Source of the DNA: Harriotta raleighana | Lineage: Eukaryota | Length of the DNA: 64,000 bases | Direction: 5' to 3' | NCBI GenBank assembly: GCA_050575255.1 | Contig: JBNZDD010013726.1 | Span: 7,030,236-7,094,235, forward strand | Part shown: positions 40,250 to 53,738 of the stretch, one piece after another | Numbering within the stretch: the stretch's first letter is position 1 | Layout: each line of letters begins with the position of its first letter | Made by a program: the position numbers and the translations under genes | Notes under the pieces: model-generated | What the model was told of the DNA's origin: nothing | What the model saw: only the letters and a program-made list of their open reading frames with translations | Database searches by the model: none

Positions 40250-40812
40250 ACAAATTGCATTTGTAGAGCACCTTTCATGTTGGGAAGACGTCCCAAGGTG
40301 CTAAACAGTCAGAGGTCAGGACCAGAGCATGCTTGGGTGGGGGGGTTGGGATGAGGGAGGTCAAAGAGGTACTTTAAGCGTTTATTAAATCTATGGACTA
40401 ACCCACTAAAGATAAATGAAAGGCTGAACACACGGTCAAAAAGGAGAGTCTTGAGTTGAGCCTTGAAAGGGGCATGGGAGGGAGCAAGACAAATAAATTG
40501 TGGGTTGGATTTACATAAAGTGGGAGCAAAGAGGCTGAAAGCCCAGCTGCCATGGTAGGATAGGTCGGGCAGAAGACATGGAGCAGGCCGAAGCCTGTTA
40601 AGAGAAGGAGCAGACAGGTTGATAGGATGACAACAGGTTAGAGAGGTAGGAGGGGGCATGGCTGTGGAAGGTCTTGAAAGTGAGGTCAATGATTTTGAAT
40701 TCTACCCTCTGAGGCGATGGGGAGCCAGTGGAGCCAGGTGAGGATGGGGTAGATGGGGTCACGGAGCCTGGTGTGGGATAGGACACAAGCTGCAGAGTTT
40801 TGGGTGATCTGG
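40250..40812 (-). mobile_element. L2 LINE 3' fragment
   Basis: ORF track shows QRVEFKIIDLTFKTFHSHAPSYLSNLL and AFSLFAPTL...FKAQLKTLLF (L2 ORF2 end). Confidence 0.88.
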
Positions 40813-42681
40813 ATGAACTATTTTTAATGTTATTTTAAAGGTCATGTTGCATAACTGACTGTTAAAGCTGGTCACCAGACCTGCTCCTTATAGTAAGATT
40901 ACGAGACATCCCTAGTTTGGGAGTGCTGCGAATATAATGGGAACTGAGAAGTATAAAGGCTTCTTGCTTTGCTTTGTTTTGTTTTACTACTGGATGCAAA
41001 GTCACTTTGCTTCCAGCAGTATAAACACGCGTGATACAGTGCGGTATTGATTACATTTTATACATTACATGCACTAAAAAGGAAAACGATAAAGTACACC
41101 ATGGTTTATAGTTACAATAATAGGAAGGTTCAAGAATGACTGAAAATATTTATCCTGGCTAGATTCTGAAAGTTGTGAATGTTGAGATGACCCTCTTGTA
41201 ATAACAATGACCAGTTTCCAACAATAAGATGTTGGGTTCATTAATATTCTGTTGGCATGCACGAACAGACTTTGGATGAAACCTGCAATTTTTTTTTACT
41301 GTTTTAAATTTCACAGAACAAGCTTGTGGAGAAACAAGCAAAGTTGGACAGAGCAGGTATATAATGGCAGCTATCAGCGGAGCAGGCTGTATATTGATTG
41401 CTTAAAATATATGTTGTCATACAATGGGAATGACAATATTACTGATTCTCCTATCATTAAGCTAGATACACTACTTCTTCACAAAGACACAAAGCTTATC
41501 AATTCAGATCACTCCAGGTTTAAATTCACATACAGAGACAAAAGACGGGGTTCAAGTTGAGGGAAACCTGATGTCTTGGTACGTGTCGGCAGTAACATGT
41601 GTTTGCTATCTATTATTTCCATATGACTCATCTCCTAGGCTGCTTTGCTGTACTTTTGAGAAGCCATTTAGTCCAGATGGCCAAGACCCAACTACAGGTC
41701 ATATGCAGAGGCAGAATTGTGCATGGCAGATAGAGAGAGTGTGTGTGTGTGTGGGGTGGGGGTGGGAGGAGGGGGGATTCAGTAATGGAATCATATTGCA
41801 AAGCAACTTAAAAGAAGGGGCAAAATAATCACAAAAAGGATAAAATCGAACATTATTCTACCTCGACACTATGGTAACAGAGTACAGAGCTTTTCAAAGT
41901 ACAGCAGTTACAAAACTTGGCTTTAATTTGTAATATTGTGCCCACACATTCCCCCGAGAAATGCACTGATGTAAACCTCTCTATTGAGCTTCTGTTAGAG
42001 CACCAAAGATTGAACGTAGGATTCTCTTCAATTATTGGACCGCGAGGAATTGGACACAGTACATGACTTTCCTCTTGTTTGACTTCCAAGGATGGAATAT
42101 TGTTCCACATTACCATACAACCAGAGATCAGATTCCACCCCTCACCCACCACCACCACACAAGACTGGCCTTTGCCACTGTGGCAAGTAAGACACGATTT
42201 GAGTACTAAAAGTGGTGTCGTGAAAGCACAGGAAAATGTTTCAAATACTGTAAACAGAAGTCAAACTGTAATGGACTGTAAAATGCAGAACTATAAAGGA
42301 CCACGTCAATTGTAGACTGGGATTGATGCTTGTTATTTCTATCCAACGGTGACAGACGATATTGTACAGGTGCTGCAATTTGCATCCTGAAGAATTCGTG
42401 GAGTGTTAAATAAAACATTGCATAAACAGCTCATTCTAGTCAAATCAGACAAACACTGGGATCTCTCAAATTCAATCCTGCCTCCACATCCACTTCCTCT
42501 GTGTGTACTATCACTCTCAACCTTTCTGCCTACTTCTTCCACCTACCGTATCATTGACACAGCAGCGTTATCAATAAATATCTACATTCGTACATGCGGA
42601 TTACATGATATTTGGGTATTCCTGCTCAGGTAATCATCTTATTCCTCACGCCCTCCGAGTTTGAACTTGAAATCTCCACTG

Positions 42682-42700
42682 ATGGCACCAGGGGGCGCTA
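42682..42700 (+). promoter_or_regulatory. Candidate CTCF binding site
   Basis: GCACCAGGGGGCGCTA matches 15 of 16 positions of core consensus CCACCAGGGGGCGCTA. Confidence 0.5.
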
Positions 42701-43199
42701 TCCTATGTATCAAAGATAAATCAATCTTCACAAAAAGCACTCATTTGTGGTCAACAACAACAATAACAAAATGACACTTGTACAGCACCTTTCACATCAG
42801 GAGGACGTCCCAAGGCGTTGGTGGTCACAATTATTTATTCATGGAAAATACAGTGAAAATGCACAAGGTTTGGAAATATTGGCAGTTTTGAAGATGACCA
42901 GCTTTAAGTAATTTTAATTGTCTTAATTAGAATCATTATTCATCTTCAATACAACCAAAAGGGGCAGATGATCCAATATTGCATCCATTTAACATTCCCA
43001 ATAAATTACTTTATTACATCCATCTGTGAGTAAATATTAGACCTGGTTTTGCTATTTCAATCTATTATTAACTTCATTTTGGGGGTATGATTATTGATGC
43101 CGTAGAATTTCTGTACTTTATGTATAATTTATTCCCAGACTACTCTGGTATATTTGATCAAATTGTACCTTACTGTACCAGTTATTAGAAATATGACTA

Positions 43200-43400
43200 C
43201 AAAATTACATTTGTATTGCGCTTTTCACACCTTGAGGACGCCCAAAGGTGCTGGACAATCAGTATTACAATCCCAAGCTCGGGGTCAGGACTGGGGAAGG
43301 TAGAGGAGAGGGGAGATGGAGGGAAACTGAAGGCACATTCGGAAAGGAGTGTCTTGAGACAGGTTTTGAAGGAGGCAAGGGAAAGGGCAAGGTGGAGGGA
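43200..43400 (-). mobile_element. L2 3' end fragment
   Basis: Tail aaaattacatttgtattgcgcttttcac...cccaaagg and purine-rich body like the other L2 copies. Confidence 0.7.
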
Positions 43401-46019
43401 CTGCAGAATTAGACTAAATGATTATTCTTCACAAAGGTTAGGAGTAAAAATATCTATACACTTTGAAAGTAAGCATCTTCTAAAGTCAAGCAATTAAACC
43501 AAAATCTTATCATAAGGTACAGGCAATAAAAAGTAACATTAATTTATCAATAATATTCTTTACAGATGCAGGGAAACATTTAATTTCAGAATAATAAACT
43601 GTCTTTAGATTGCTCTCAGAGTTAAAAGAATGTGTTTCCAGAAGACATTACAAATCTCCATGTAAAATCCTAAACAAATTAAATATTTATAAACTGAACT
43701 CAAGAAAATCCCTTGATTTCAGCCTTGTACTGCAATATTGTGACTATACAATTGTATAACAGGTGGAATGTAACATGAATGGGGTTCAAATAGACAATTT
43801 CCTCCTGCAAGCAATGCCATTCATCATCATACTACAATAAGCATGCCAGAAAGCCAGTAAGGACTTTGTAGATTTCTAACCATTTAGATTAAATTTCTAT
43901 TCGTTCTAAATATACCACCACAATAAAATCAAAATAATAAGAGACAATTTAAAAAAAAACTGAAACCCAACCGTTTGGCAGAAACCTTTTTACAGCACTG
44001 ATTATACGATGTATGGGGTAGGGAACGCTCTCAATCCGCAAAAATAAAGTCTGAATCAGTCTATCGGTGAGTGCGCATAACTTGCCTTGAAAAATGATTC
44101 TAAAGTCATATCAAATTACACAAGTGATTAGAAAAATCAGATTGAAAAGAAAAGCCAAAGGACTTACTTACTTACAAAGGAATCATCCATCGTGTCCTTG
44201 TAGCTAGACTACCTCGAATAAGGTACACAGAATGATAGCACAGCACACATTAACTGTCAGTCGGCAGCTGCTAAGATCAATGCATCACACTGTGACAGAA
44301 ACACATATCTATCATGTTTTTTGCAAGCTACAGATATTCAGATGCCCTGGCAGTCGGTCAGGTTACCATCACTTACAGATAAAAGCACAGATAGGATGAC
44401 TCCAAAGGGGGGCTCTCACACATCACACCAGTGACTCATGTCCTTCAGCTAACACAGAGTATTGGCAGGCTGCATACACCAGATCATACTTTAGCTCAGG
44501 CGTGACATTCTAGGTTATTGCGTCACTGGTTTTAACTAACCTGCAGACAACGTGATTCATTTCCTTTCTTCATTAATTTCCATCAGGCTAATCTTTCTTC
44601 TCTCTCCTTCTTCAGCTCCCATTTGTATAATTGACCTATTAACCAGCACTCCGGGTCTACAAATCAAGCCTTGCACCATTCCCTACCCAAGAGAAGACTG
44701 TACACTATTCACCTTATTCTCAGACGTTTGTAAGTACAGTAATGACTAGATCCAGTGCCAGGAATGAATAAGAATCAAGCGTGTTAACTTACTATTTTAT
44801 GTCCCTACCCTCTCCCTCCGTCTACCCCCAAGACCTATTTTTTCAACCATGATTTAACACAAAATATCCCTGATTTTCTATTGCTTTGTGCATCCAGCAA
44901 TTTGCAGCTGCCATGAGGGAGTCTTGAAGAAGAAATTAGAGAACACACTTGGTTGCTCCACCGATATGTGAGTGTGACTGGTAAAAGAGATTAGCATGTG
45001 TGCATGGTTTTATCTACTGCGGTATATGATACATATGCTGTACGCTGTTCATGACTCAACAGTAAAATAGCATTGGCTTTCTATTATCAGCAGATCAAGA
45101 CGCCAGTTTGGTTCAAGATATTTAATTATGAGACAGAGGGACAAATTGAGACACTCAAACTGCAGACAGAAACCCGGGTCCTGGCACTTCAGAAATGGTT
45201 GAAGGAATCTACTGCCTAATGGTGAAATCCAGCTTCACTCTACTTAATTTATGGGAGATCACCAGAAAATTAGAAGCCACTATTTGCTGGAGATAAATCC
45301 ATTTAAGATATCACAAATGTAACCCTGCGAAGGAGTCCAACTTTGAAATTTTTAAAGATCTATTATTATTCCAAAAGATTTCTTTTCTTTTTAAACGTGG
45401 CCAATCACTAAATGTAATCGCATTTGATTGTAAAGTCAAGACAACACAAGATGTGTTTGAAAGAAGGATAAAATCAATTATTCATTGGGTGGATGTAACC
45501 GTTTTCTATCACCTTGCTATACTACATCATTGTTGGGGGGGCAGGGGGAGGGTTGATTTTGACGTCCTATTGTCCAGGTTTTATTATGTTATGTTCGGAC
45601 TTTCCAGTAAATCTAGGCAAGCTGCACATCCAATATTAGCAATACATGCCTTCTAACTCTGCCATATTTACAAACACTAACTTTCGTTTAAAAAATTCCC
45701 TATTGCATATAAACATTGAGGTCCTTGGAATATTGAGTTCTGGGTTACCAAGTATTTTTAATGATCAGGTCCTTAAAGAAACTCTTCATTTCTAAAATCA
45801 ACCTTCCATTCAATTTGGTAAACCTTTATTGTAACCCGTTTAATCACACAACACGCTTCTCGATGTAGTCAATCCTAAAATAAGTGAAGCTTTTGTCACT
45901 GGTTCCGTTCCCACTAGTTTGCTTTCCCCGCTACAGTCATTCAGTGATGCTTTGTTTTTTCATTTTGTTGTCAGGCCCACTAAAAAAGAAAAGATTTTAA
46001 ACAGCATTTTGACTATGTG

Positions 46020-46540
46020 TTCCTGGCTCAGTTGGTACTGTTCTTATCTCTGAGTCAAAGGGTTTCAGCTACTTGGGAAGTCCCTCTGACATGAAAGGCG
46101 CTCTACAAGTGTAATTTTGTTGCTGTTGGTTTGTGGGTTCATGCCTGAAGACAGAACTTTGAGCTCATAAGTTTTCTCATAAGGATCTAATTTTGCTGTT
46201 GTTGTTGATACTCCAGTGCAGTGCTGGGGCTGCTTTGCATTGTCGGAGATACCAGCGTTCAGATGAGTCATTAAACCATTTAATCTGTCTGTTCAGCAGA
46301 TGCGAAAGATCCTATGGCGTTATTTGAAAAGAGAAGGCAGTTTCTCTTGGTGTCTGGCCAATAATTCCCGAAATTGGTCATTCGCTTCAATCTTGTTTGT
46401 GGAAATGAATAAATGAGTTTGCTAAGAGTAAATTTGCTGCTGCATTTGCCAATAAGTTTGCACTTTACAGAAAAAAAAACATTGTTTGAAGCCTTGATGC
46501 TTTTACTGTATTAAGGGAATATATCAAAAGCAAGGATTAT
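46020..46540 (+). repeat. Old full-length Deu-domain SINE (SacSINE1/AmnSINE1-like)
   Basis: tggctcagttggta head; gcattgtcggag...cagatgag...aaagatcctatggc...ggtgtctggccaa core; aagcaaggatt tail. Confidence 0.65.
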
Positions 46541-47552
46541 TTTTGTCACACAACAGTCAGCGGGACACAATAATGCAGCTAAACTACATTTCCCACAGAT
46601 CAGAAAAAAATCATCAAAACTAGTCAAATATTTCCTTGGATGACTGTAGTATTTGGATGGTTATAGTATTTCACTGCATCGTTTGCAAATGCCACAAATA
46701 ATGAATAGAACTGTGATCATCCCGAGATAATAATCAAAATCAGTTGGTTGAATTCAACAGATTCACATTGTCTCCTTGTGTACTTAACATGAAATAAGAG
46801 AGAATGACTAATATATGGTACCTGTGCAGACGTTGGTGTAAAAGGTTGAGAGAAGAAGATAGGAAAGGTAACTACATGTGATATTTTGATCAGCACATTC
46901 TGTAGAATGGTATTTGAGAAATGTAATGGAATTAATCGATAGTGCATGGAGATCTGTTGAAAGAGCTTTTGCAAAGGGGTATTACACGGAACAACCACAA
47001 CCTACTGTGTCTGTTGTGTCAGAGTCCAACTCCAAACATTTGCTTGAAACGTTTTTAACTACAAGCGCTAAAATTAATGATTCCTCAGTGCAGCCAGTTT
47101 ATACGCATAATTAGAACCCAAGGGATAAAAAATATTTTAATCCGCAAGACTAATCAGGGTGGAGAAGATAAAAAGATTATAGTGTTATTGTTGTGTCCAG
47201 TCTTTTCCATGTTACGTAACTGTACAATTCCTCCTGCCTGATCACAACACTCTAACTTAGCAAAGTTTATGGCGAGTCTAAAGGGCAGTATTTTTCATTT
47301 GAAGACCAGAAATGTTTTTTTTCTCTCCACAAATCAAACCCTTTCATAAAAAAAACTATGGTGAAATCCATGGCTCAGTATGCATCATTTCAAATCTTTC
47401 TAGACCCACAGGGGAATATCTCTACTGTTGGCCTAGACACTCCTGCCTATTTTTTTTCTGAAAAGACAAGTCTGAGATGTTTGTAGTAGCAGTTTCACAG
47501 CAACAGTAGCTAACAAAGTGAAACTCAGAGGCCAGCTTGTGGCTGCTCCTGA

Positions 47553-48200
47553 AACAACAACAACCAAGTTACATTTGTATAGCGCCTTTCACATCAGGGA
47601 GATGTTTCAAGGCGCTGAACAATCAGTGTTTCGGACCCAAGCTGGGAGTCAGGATTGGGGAGGGTGAAGGTTATGGGGGGGTGAAAGAGGATGACCAAAG
47701 GCATGGTCGAAGAGGAAGTTCTTGAAATGGATCTTGAAGGAGGCAAAGGAGGGAAGGACTGTGGGATAGGAGTTCCAGAGGGTGAGGGCAGAGTGACTGA
47801 AGGCCTACCCACCCTCCAATGATGGGGCGGGCGAGAAGGAAGATGTGAAGCAGGCTGGAGCTCGCTGAGTGCATGGAGCTGGCATGTTGATAGGGGGTTA
47901 GAAGGTTGCAGAGGTAGAGAGGCGGGCTTTGAAGGTGAGGAGCAATACATTGAACAGTATCCTCTGTGTGATGGAAAGCCACTGGAGTCAGGCAAGGATG
48001 AGAGTGATACGGTCGCGGTCTCTGGTGTGGGAGAAGACACGGACTGTAGAGATCTGGATGGTATGAATGAGTATATGAGGGTCTCGGCAGTTGGGGTGTG
48101 AGACAGCGACAGAGCCGGGAGATGTTGCGGAGGTGGGGGAAGGGAGAGCGGGACACGGGCCGGATGTGGGATAGGAAGGACAGTTGAGGGTCAAACAAGT
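47553..48200 (-). mobile_element. L2 LINE 3' fragment (~650 bp)
   Basis: FDPQLSFLSHIRPVSRS.F.HLRNISRL in the ORF track (L2 ORF2); (TTG)n tail. Confidence 0.88.
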
Positions 48201-49304
48201 CACAACTGTTTAGAAGTATCTGCCATTCTAAAGCGTGTCATAGTTCAGCCCGACTTGTCAGTGCATTTTACACAAGCAGGCTGTTAAGAGGAATGACACA
48301 ATGCCAAGTGTGATCTTTGCTTTAGTTAACATTACCCTTTGTACTGTATTATGAATCGCAGCAAGTCACTACATAAGGAAAGTCATGCACATGTCTTGCC
48401 TCTCTGACACCACTCTACCGGAAACATTACTTCGGTTTCTATTATAAGTTCACATGCACATGAATATCGGAAATTAGACACTGGGGAATAAATGCCTTAG
48501 CTTCCACTCGTGCCACTTTCATTTGGATAAATTGTTACTCAGCTAGTACCAGGCTCAGATCAGAAGGTTACTTCCAACTACCAAAAAATACTTTTGTCTT
48601 AAAATTAGAATTTTCACTTGTTGGATCTTCTTTGTTTGATGTAGCGTGCAAACGTAACAGGGACAAAAGTTACTGTCCTTTGATACAAGTCTTTGTCTTT
48701 CAGCCTTAGACCAATTCTGCAAGTTACTGTAATGCTCTTGTGTAAGGGCAAGGATAGTTGCTGATAATGCGGTATGTGTTCAATGACCAAATCATTTATT
48801 CTCATTCAGTAATAGCTGTGTCAAATAATCCAGGTTGTGTGCCAATTAACCTTCAGCAGATAGACAGGGTACTTGAAAGGAATACTATCTCTTGAAATCT
48901 TTTTGCACAAAATACAATTTCAAACATGTGATGATTTGTGGGCTTGTCTCAAGCAGCAGATCATTTAAAAAATGCCACCTTAAACGTTATTGGATGGGCC
49001 ACTGTTTTCAGATCAAATGGGTATTTCTTGATCTCTAAAACAATGAATATGAAGAATGCATTCTATATTCAATATTTTAGAAATGCAGTGATGACATGTT
49101 TCTTATTTGGAATTTGTTTTGAGAAATGCTGTAAATTACAGATGGAATTTTCCAGATCTGACAGTCATACATTGCTTTCATCAGTGGTTTACTCAGCTAC
49201 AAATATCATCCAACTATAGTATCAGTTTATTTTACTGGAAACACTCCCCATAATGTAATGCGGCGTTTACATGATGCGATATTGCAGATTTTACATAATG
49301 CAGT

Positions 49305-49508
49305 GGAGTCCTGTAGCTCAGTGGTTAGAGCACTCCCCTCACAAGTGAGAGTCCTGGGTTTGATTCCCGGCAAGGCAGAACCTTGGGCAAATTTCCTTAT
49401 TGATAATAATCCCTCAAGAAAAAATAATAATTTGTGCACTTCAATCCACGACTGTTTGTGCGACACTGTTGTACGCACTTGGCTGCCGCGTTTTGCCCAC
49501 AAATATAC
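49305..49508 (+). mobile_element. tRNA-derived SINE, 3'-truncated
   Basis: GGAGTCCTGTAGCTCAGTGGTTAGAGC head, GGTTTGATTCC B box, Deu-like segment. Confidence 0.85.
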
Positions 49509-49696
49509 ATGTCTTACCTACTGAATTAATCCCAAAACATTTTTTTGCTGTGCAATAATAATGCAAACAGTGGTATTATCAAGTCTGCCATTGTTAATTG
49601 CTCCAAGACCCCATCCGGTGTGAAGGGCTCTATGTAAATGCAAGTTGTTGCTGTTGTAATGGCATACATTCACTTATTGTCACACGTCAGCTAATA

Positions 49697-50612
49697 CAGT
49701 TAAACCTCGTCGATTGCGGGTGTTATGTTCCTGGAAAACTGCGCACTCAACGAAATCGCGTTGGAGAAGCTTAAGAAGTAATGGGAAAAGGGGGGTTGGG
49801 GAATCCAGTCGCAGGCTATCCCCTCAAGCTTCCAGCACATCTGATGCAAGGTACCTACTGAGGCGGGCTACAGCTGGCTGGCCCGGGCTACAGCTGGCTG
49901 GCCCGCTCCTCCCTCCGCCCGCCTCTCCCCGCTCTTGTTGCTCCCCCCCACCCACTCATCCTGCTCTCGTCTCTCCTACCACCCAGGAAGTGGGCAAATC
50001 AGGGCAGCCCGGGAGGGAGACAGAGAGAAATCGGGGAGAGTGGTGGGGGAGGGAACAGAGAACCACGGGAACTCACGGAGGTGCGGGGGAGAGAGCCAAT
50101 CGGAGGCAGGGTGGGAGGGGAACTCGAGGAGGTGGGGGGCAGCAAGCCGCTCGGAGGGCAGAGTCCTGGAGACGGCAGACACAGAAAGGTTATAGCGGCT
50201 TTGTTATCGCTTTATTGCTAGAATAAAGTGATAACAAAGCAGTAAAGCAATTTTTAAAAAGCAATAAAAGAACAGGGTAGATTAGCCTACATTGCTGTAT
50301 GATTTCTGTCTCTCTCGCTGTCTCTTCTGTTTACCATGCAACTCAATAAGATTCTCCAAGGCCGAAGCGTTATTCTATTTACCCAGAATGCATTGCATGC
50401 GGGGCTTCAGCTTTAGTTGGGATCCAAAAAATGCGAATGCACGTGGGCCCAGCCAGCCGAGGAATCATCGGATTTAGTCAGGAACTATTGGCGTCTTCAC
50501 CCGTGCGCATGCTCGCAGGGGCCATCTAGCGTGTATACACAAGTTTTATTGTGTTTTGTCACATATACTTGAATTCGCAATCGATAAAGTCGCCTTTGAC
50601 GAGGGTTAACTG
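49697..50612. mobile_element. Tc1/mariner (Tigger-like) non-autonomous element, 916 bp, GC-rich interior
   Basis: TA-flanked TIRs CAGTTAAACCTCGTCGATTGCG / CAGTTAACCCTCGTCAAAGGCG. Confidence 0.85.
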
Positions 50613-51910
50613 TACTATCTTCCAAAGATACAGTATTATCTTTTCATTCAGACTTTGTATCACCCAACAGTGTTTAAATTAGAAATGTCTGCAGTTAACA
50701 TCATTGGAACCTCAACAAAGGCTAAGTGGATGGAAATGTTTCTCAAATTTACCACTGAACAATTAAAATTAAAGTTGTATACAGTATCCAAAGATAGTTA
50801 AATTCCAGAGAGCGATCATTTCCTTTCAATTGTATTCTTTAAGTAAATCTGAGGCAATTTTCTGTTTATCTGTGCAAAAAATAAGGTTCATTTTGAAGCA
50901 AATCTGAAACAGGCACGTTGCCCTTGAGCACACTTTCAGTCGAAACAAAATATAAAAATATTAGAAAAATGCTTAGCAACAGAGCAATTTACAGTTTGCT
51001 CTGGGCAGCTTTACATAAAGTCTGATAAATGGCCTGCCACAGAATGCAGGAATGATCAATCACCTCCACTGAACAGTTGATAACAAATGGATCCAAGCAT
51101 TAATCAATGAGCTTTGCCAGCAACTGAATAAGTAGAGGCCTTGCCACTTAAAGTCAATGCATAAAGATTTTGCTGCCTTGTACTCAATCGCATTCCACTA
51201 TGCACTATGCAGGTGGAAATAGCAGGTTGTGTTCGTGAATTAAGTACCAAGATCCTTTGCCTATGCTTAAAAGAATAACTTTGGGAATTGCAAGTTAAAC
51301 AACAGCAAAATTACATTTGTGTAGCTCCTTTCATGTAGGGAGGACATCTCAAGCTGCTGGACGTCCCCCTAAATACAGCAGGCGTCATCTTTCTTATCTA
51401 ATCACATCTTTGTGCAAGGGCTATAGCTGAGAGCTTTTATCATATAGAGCTGTCACAAGCATGAATCCAGTATACTATGCAATGGAAAATGACTCTCAGA
51501 TGCTATGATAACCATTGTCTTGGACGTTTTCATACCAATGAAGATTTTGTTTATTATTTATTTCTGTTCAACATTAAGGAGCATTTTAAAAATGAATTGT
51601 AAAGCAACATGGGTCGAAGTTTGACAAAACGCAAAATTCTACTAGCCAAGTGATACCAACAGCCCCTGTGCTCAGTGCCTTATAAAGGAATGTAATCACA
51701 AGTAACCTTAAGATGGACACTAATCAGATGTTTGATATTAGACTTTGGAAATACATGCCTGAATCAGGTTAAGAAAAGCTTATTTTAATGGAGCGTAAAC
51801 TATTTTTTAAAAACAAATTAAAAACTGGTCTATCCAAAGAAGAACTAACATATTATATATACTTTTGGGGGAGATGGTCAACCACAGTTTGTTTATATAC
51901 ATACCTTTTA

Positions 51911-52216
51911 TAATAATAATGCTTGGTGTTTGATATTACACTTTTCACGTCTTCTAGACGTCTCAAAGCACTTCACAGAATATACTGTAAAGTGAATTGA
52001 CTGTACGTTTATGTGCAAAATTGCGCACAGCAGTGACTCACAAAAAGTCGAGGATTGAAATGACCAATTTTATTATTGTTTTTTTGGAGGGATTATTTAT
52101 TATCAGGGGTATGGAGTAAGGAAACTTGCCCAAGGTTTCGCCCTGACCTGCCTGGATTCGAACCCAGGTCTCACATTTGTAAGGCAAGTCCTCTAACCAC
52201 TGAGCTACAGAACTCC
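51911..52216 (-). mobile_element. Full-length tRNA-derived SINE
   Basis: Same family as 9311; B box GGTTCGAATCC intact. Confidence 0.9.
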
Positions 52217-52259
52217 TTTTATTTAAGTGCTCTGAGATGCTACTCTGCGCTTATAAGTA

Positions 52260-52651
52260 CAGTAAAACCTTGTTTATCTGTGACCCGATCACGAATTGCT
52301 CGACCCCCTCCCAGGACAATTCCCCATTCCAGGAATCGCGAGTTTGCTCACTTTGTGCATGCGTGCAATGCGTGTGCATGTGCACTTATTAAACTTACGC
52401 ACTTGGGTTTTTTACTGATTGATAAAAATGCTTTTTTACTGATCTTTTTCCCAACTGTGTTGGAATGCTTTATTGGTAAGTTTCCATCCAATATTCTGTT
52501 ACTATTTAGTGCATTATTAACATGGTATGTTTTAAAATAAGTTTTTATATTGGGTTCTCGGCAACTTGTCCCCCGTTTATCCGGCACAGTCAATTAGTCC
52601 ACCCCCCCCACCCCCCCCCATCGAGTGTGCTGGATAAACGAGGTTTTACTG
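52260..52651. mobile_element. Tc1/mariner (Tigger-like) MITE, 392 bp
   Basis: TA on both sides; TIRs CAGTAAAACCTTGTTTATC / CAGTAAAACCTCGTTTATC. Confidence 0.88.
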
Positions 52652-53279
52652 TACAAGTTATTGATGCACACAAACAAATACACAGTAGAGAAAAAACATA
52701 GAGCAGAAACAGTCTTTCCCCTATTATTTTTCCATCCCCATCATATCAAATAAAATGTCTGATGAAGTGCTGCCTCATTCAAGAAGTGGAATTCACTCGG
52801 AGAAGGAGAAAATGATAGTTCACACTCAAGTGTGAATTGGATGCATTAGCATCAGATGTTATGCCCAAGTTTGTGTCAGCGCCATGGAAAATCAGACCAA
52901 ATATCGCCATCGTGGTCTTTAGGATAGTAACTTGTTGCATGGCAACCGAGATCTAAAACTGCAGATGATGACAGGAGTCAGTGAAAACATGGAGATAAGT
53001 CAAGAGTGATTGCTACCAATTTGAGATTATAACGAAACTAAAAGGTACAGTTAAATGGGACTGGATAGTGTTATTGAGGACGATAAGGTGGTAAGCAATT
53101 AATATCTTCGAATAGCCAAGTACAGTAGTTACCACATTTAAAAAAAAGTTTTTGGAAACATTTGAACAACTGATCTTCATTCAAGTGTTCCAATATTTTT
53201 CAAAATCATACCATTAAAGCTCATTAATTATTTCTCAGCATCTTTATTTCAGTTAGAAAAAAACTCCCTCAGTGCTTAC

Positions 53280-53547
53280 CTTTAAGCATCGCTCTTCCAG
53301 TGGTTCCCCCCAAAGGACTGAGAAGCACAGTCCTCGCCCCGATGGATGTGATAGCCTCTAGCAGAGCACCAGTGATGTAGTCAGAAACAGCAGTCCCGTG
53401 CAGAGTGCCACGGAGTTCATGGGGAAACAGCCTTGTCCCACCTCTGCGGTTCCCGTACACCACTGCTGAAGCCAAGATCTTCCTTGAAGGATGTAGAAGA
53501 TAATCATGTGTCTCCACCAAACCAAATCCTCTCAGCACATTATGAGT
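53280..53547 (-). CDS. PLCE1: PLCE1 internal coding exon (5'-most exon in window; THNVLRGF...GTTGRAMLK)
   Basis: ttttcacAG acceptor (plus ct 53548-9) and AAAG|GTAAGC donor. 268 nt, ends in phase 1. Peptide GALLEAITSIGARTVLLSPLGGTTGRAMLK resembles human [30 protein letters not shown]. Confidence 0.93.
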
Positions 53548-53599
53548 CTGTGAAAAATAGATCAACAATACATATTGTAAAATGTGAAAATTGATTGCA

Positions 53600-53738
53600 G
53601 AGTCCCACAAACAGTCGTGACGCGAATGAACAATTTTATTTAGAGGATTGCTGACCAACACACTGATGGGAAACTCATGCCATGGGATCTTTAATATCCA
53701 ATTGAATGAAGCAGACCACACCTCAGTTTAAGTCTCAC
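53600..53738 (-). repeat. Old Deu-domain SINE remnant just upstream of a PLCE1 acceptor
   Basis: cccacaaacagtc and gccatgggatcttt...gcagac...cctcagtttaagtctca. Confidence 0.6.

Noticed and set aside
49305-49370. tRNA-like sequences at SINE heads (also 54847, 9643, 52216, 56223)
   Set aside because: They continue into SINE bodies and lack a proper acceptor stem, so they are not tRNA genes.
49714-50226. 170-aa plus-strand ORF
   Set aside because: Low-complexity product of the GC-rich MITE interior; no transposase motifs.
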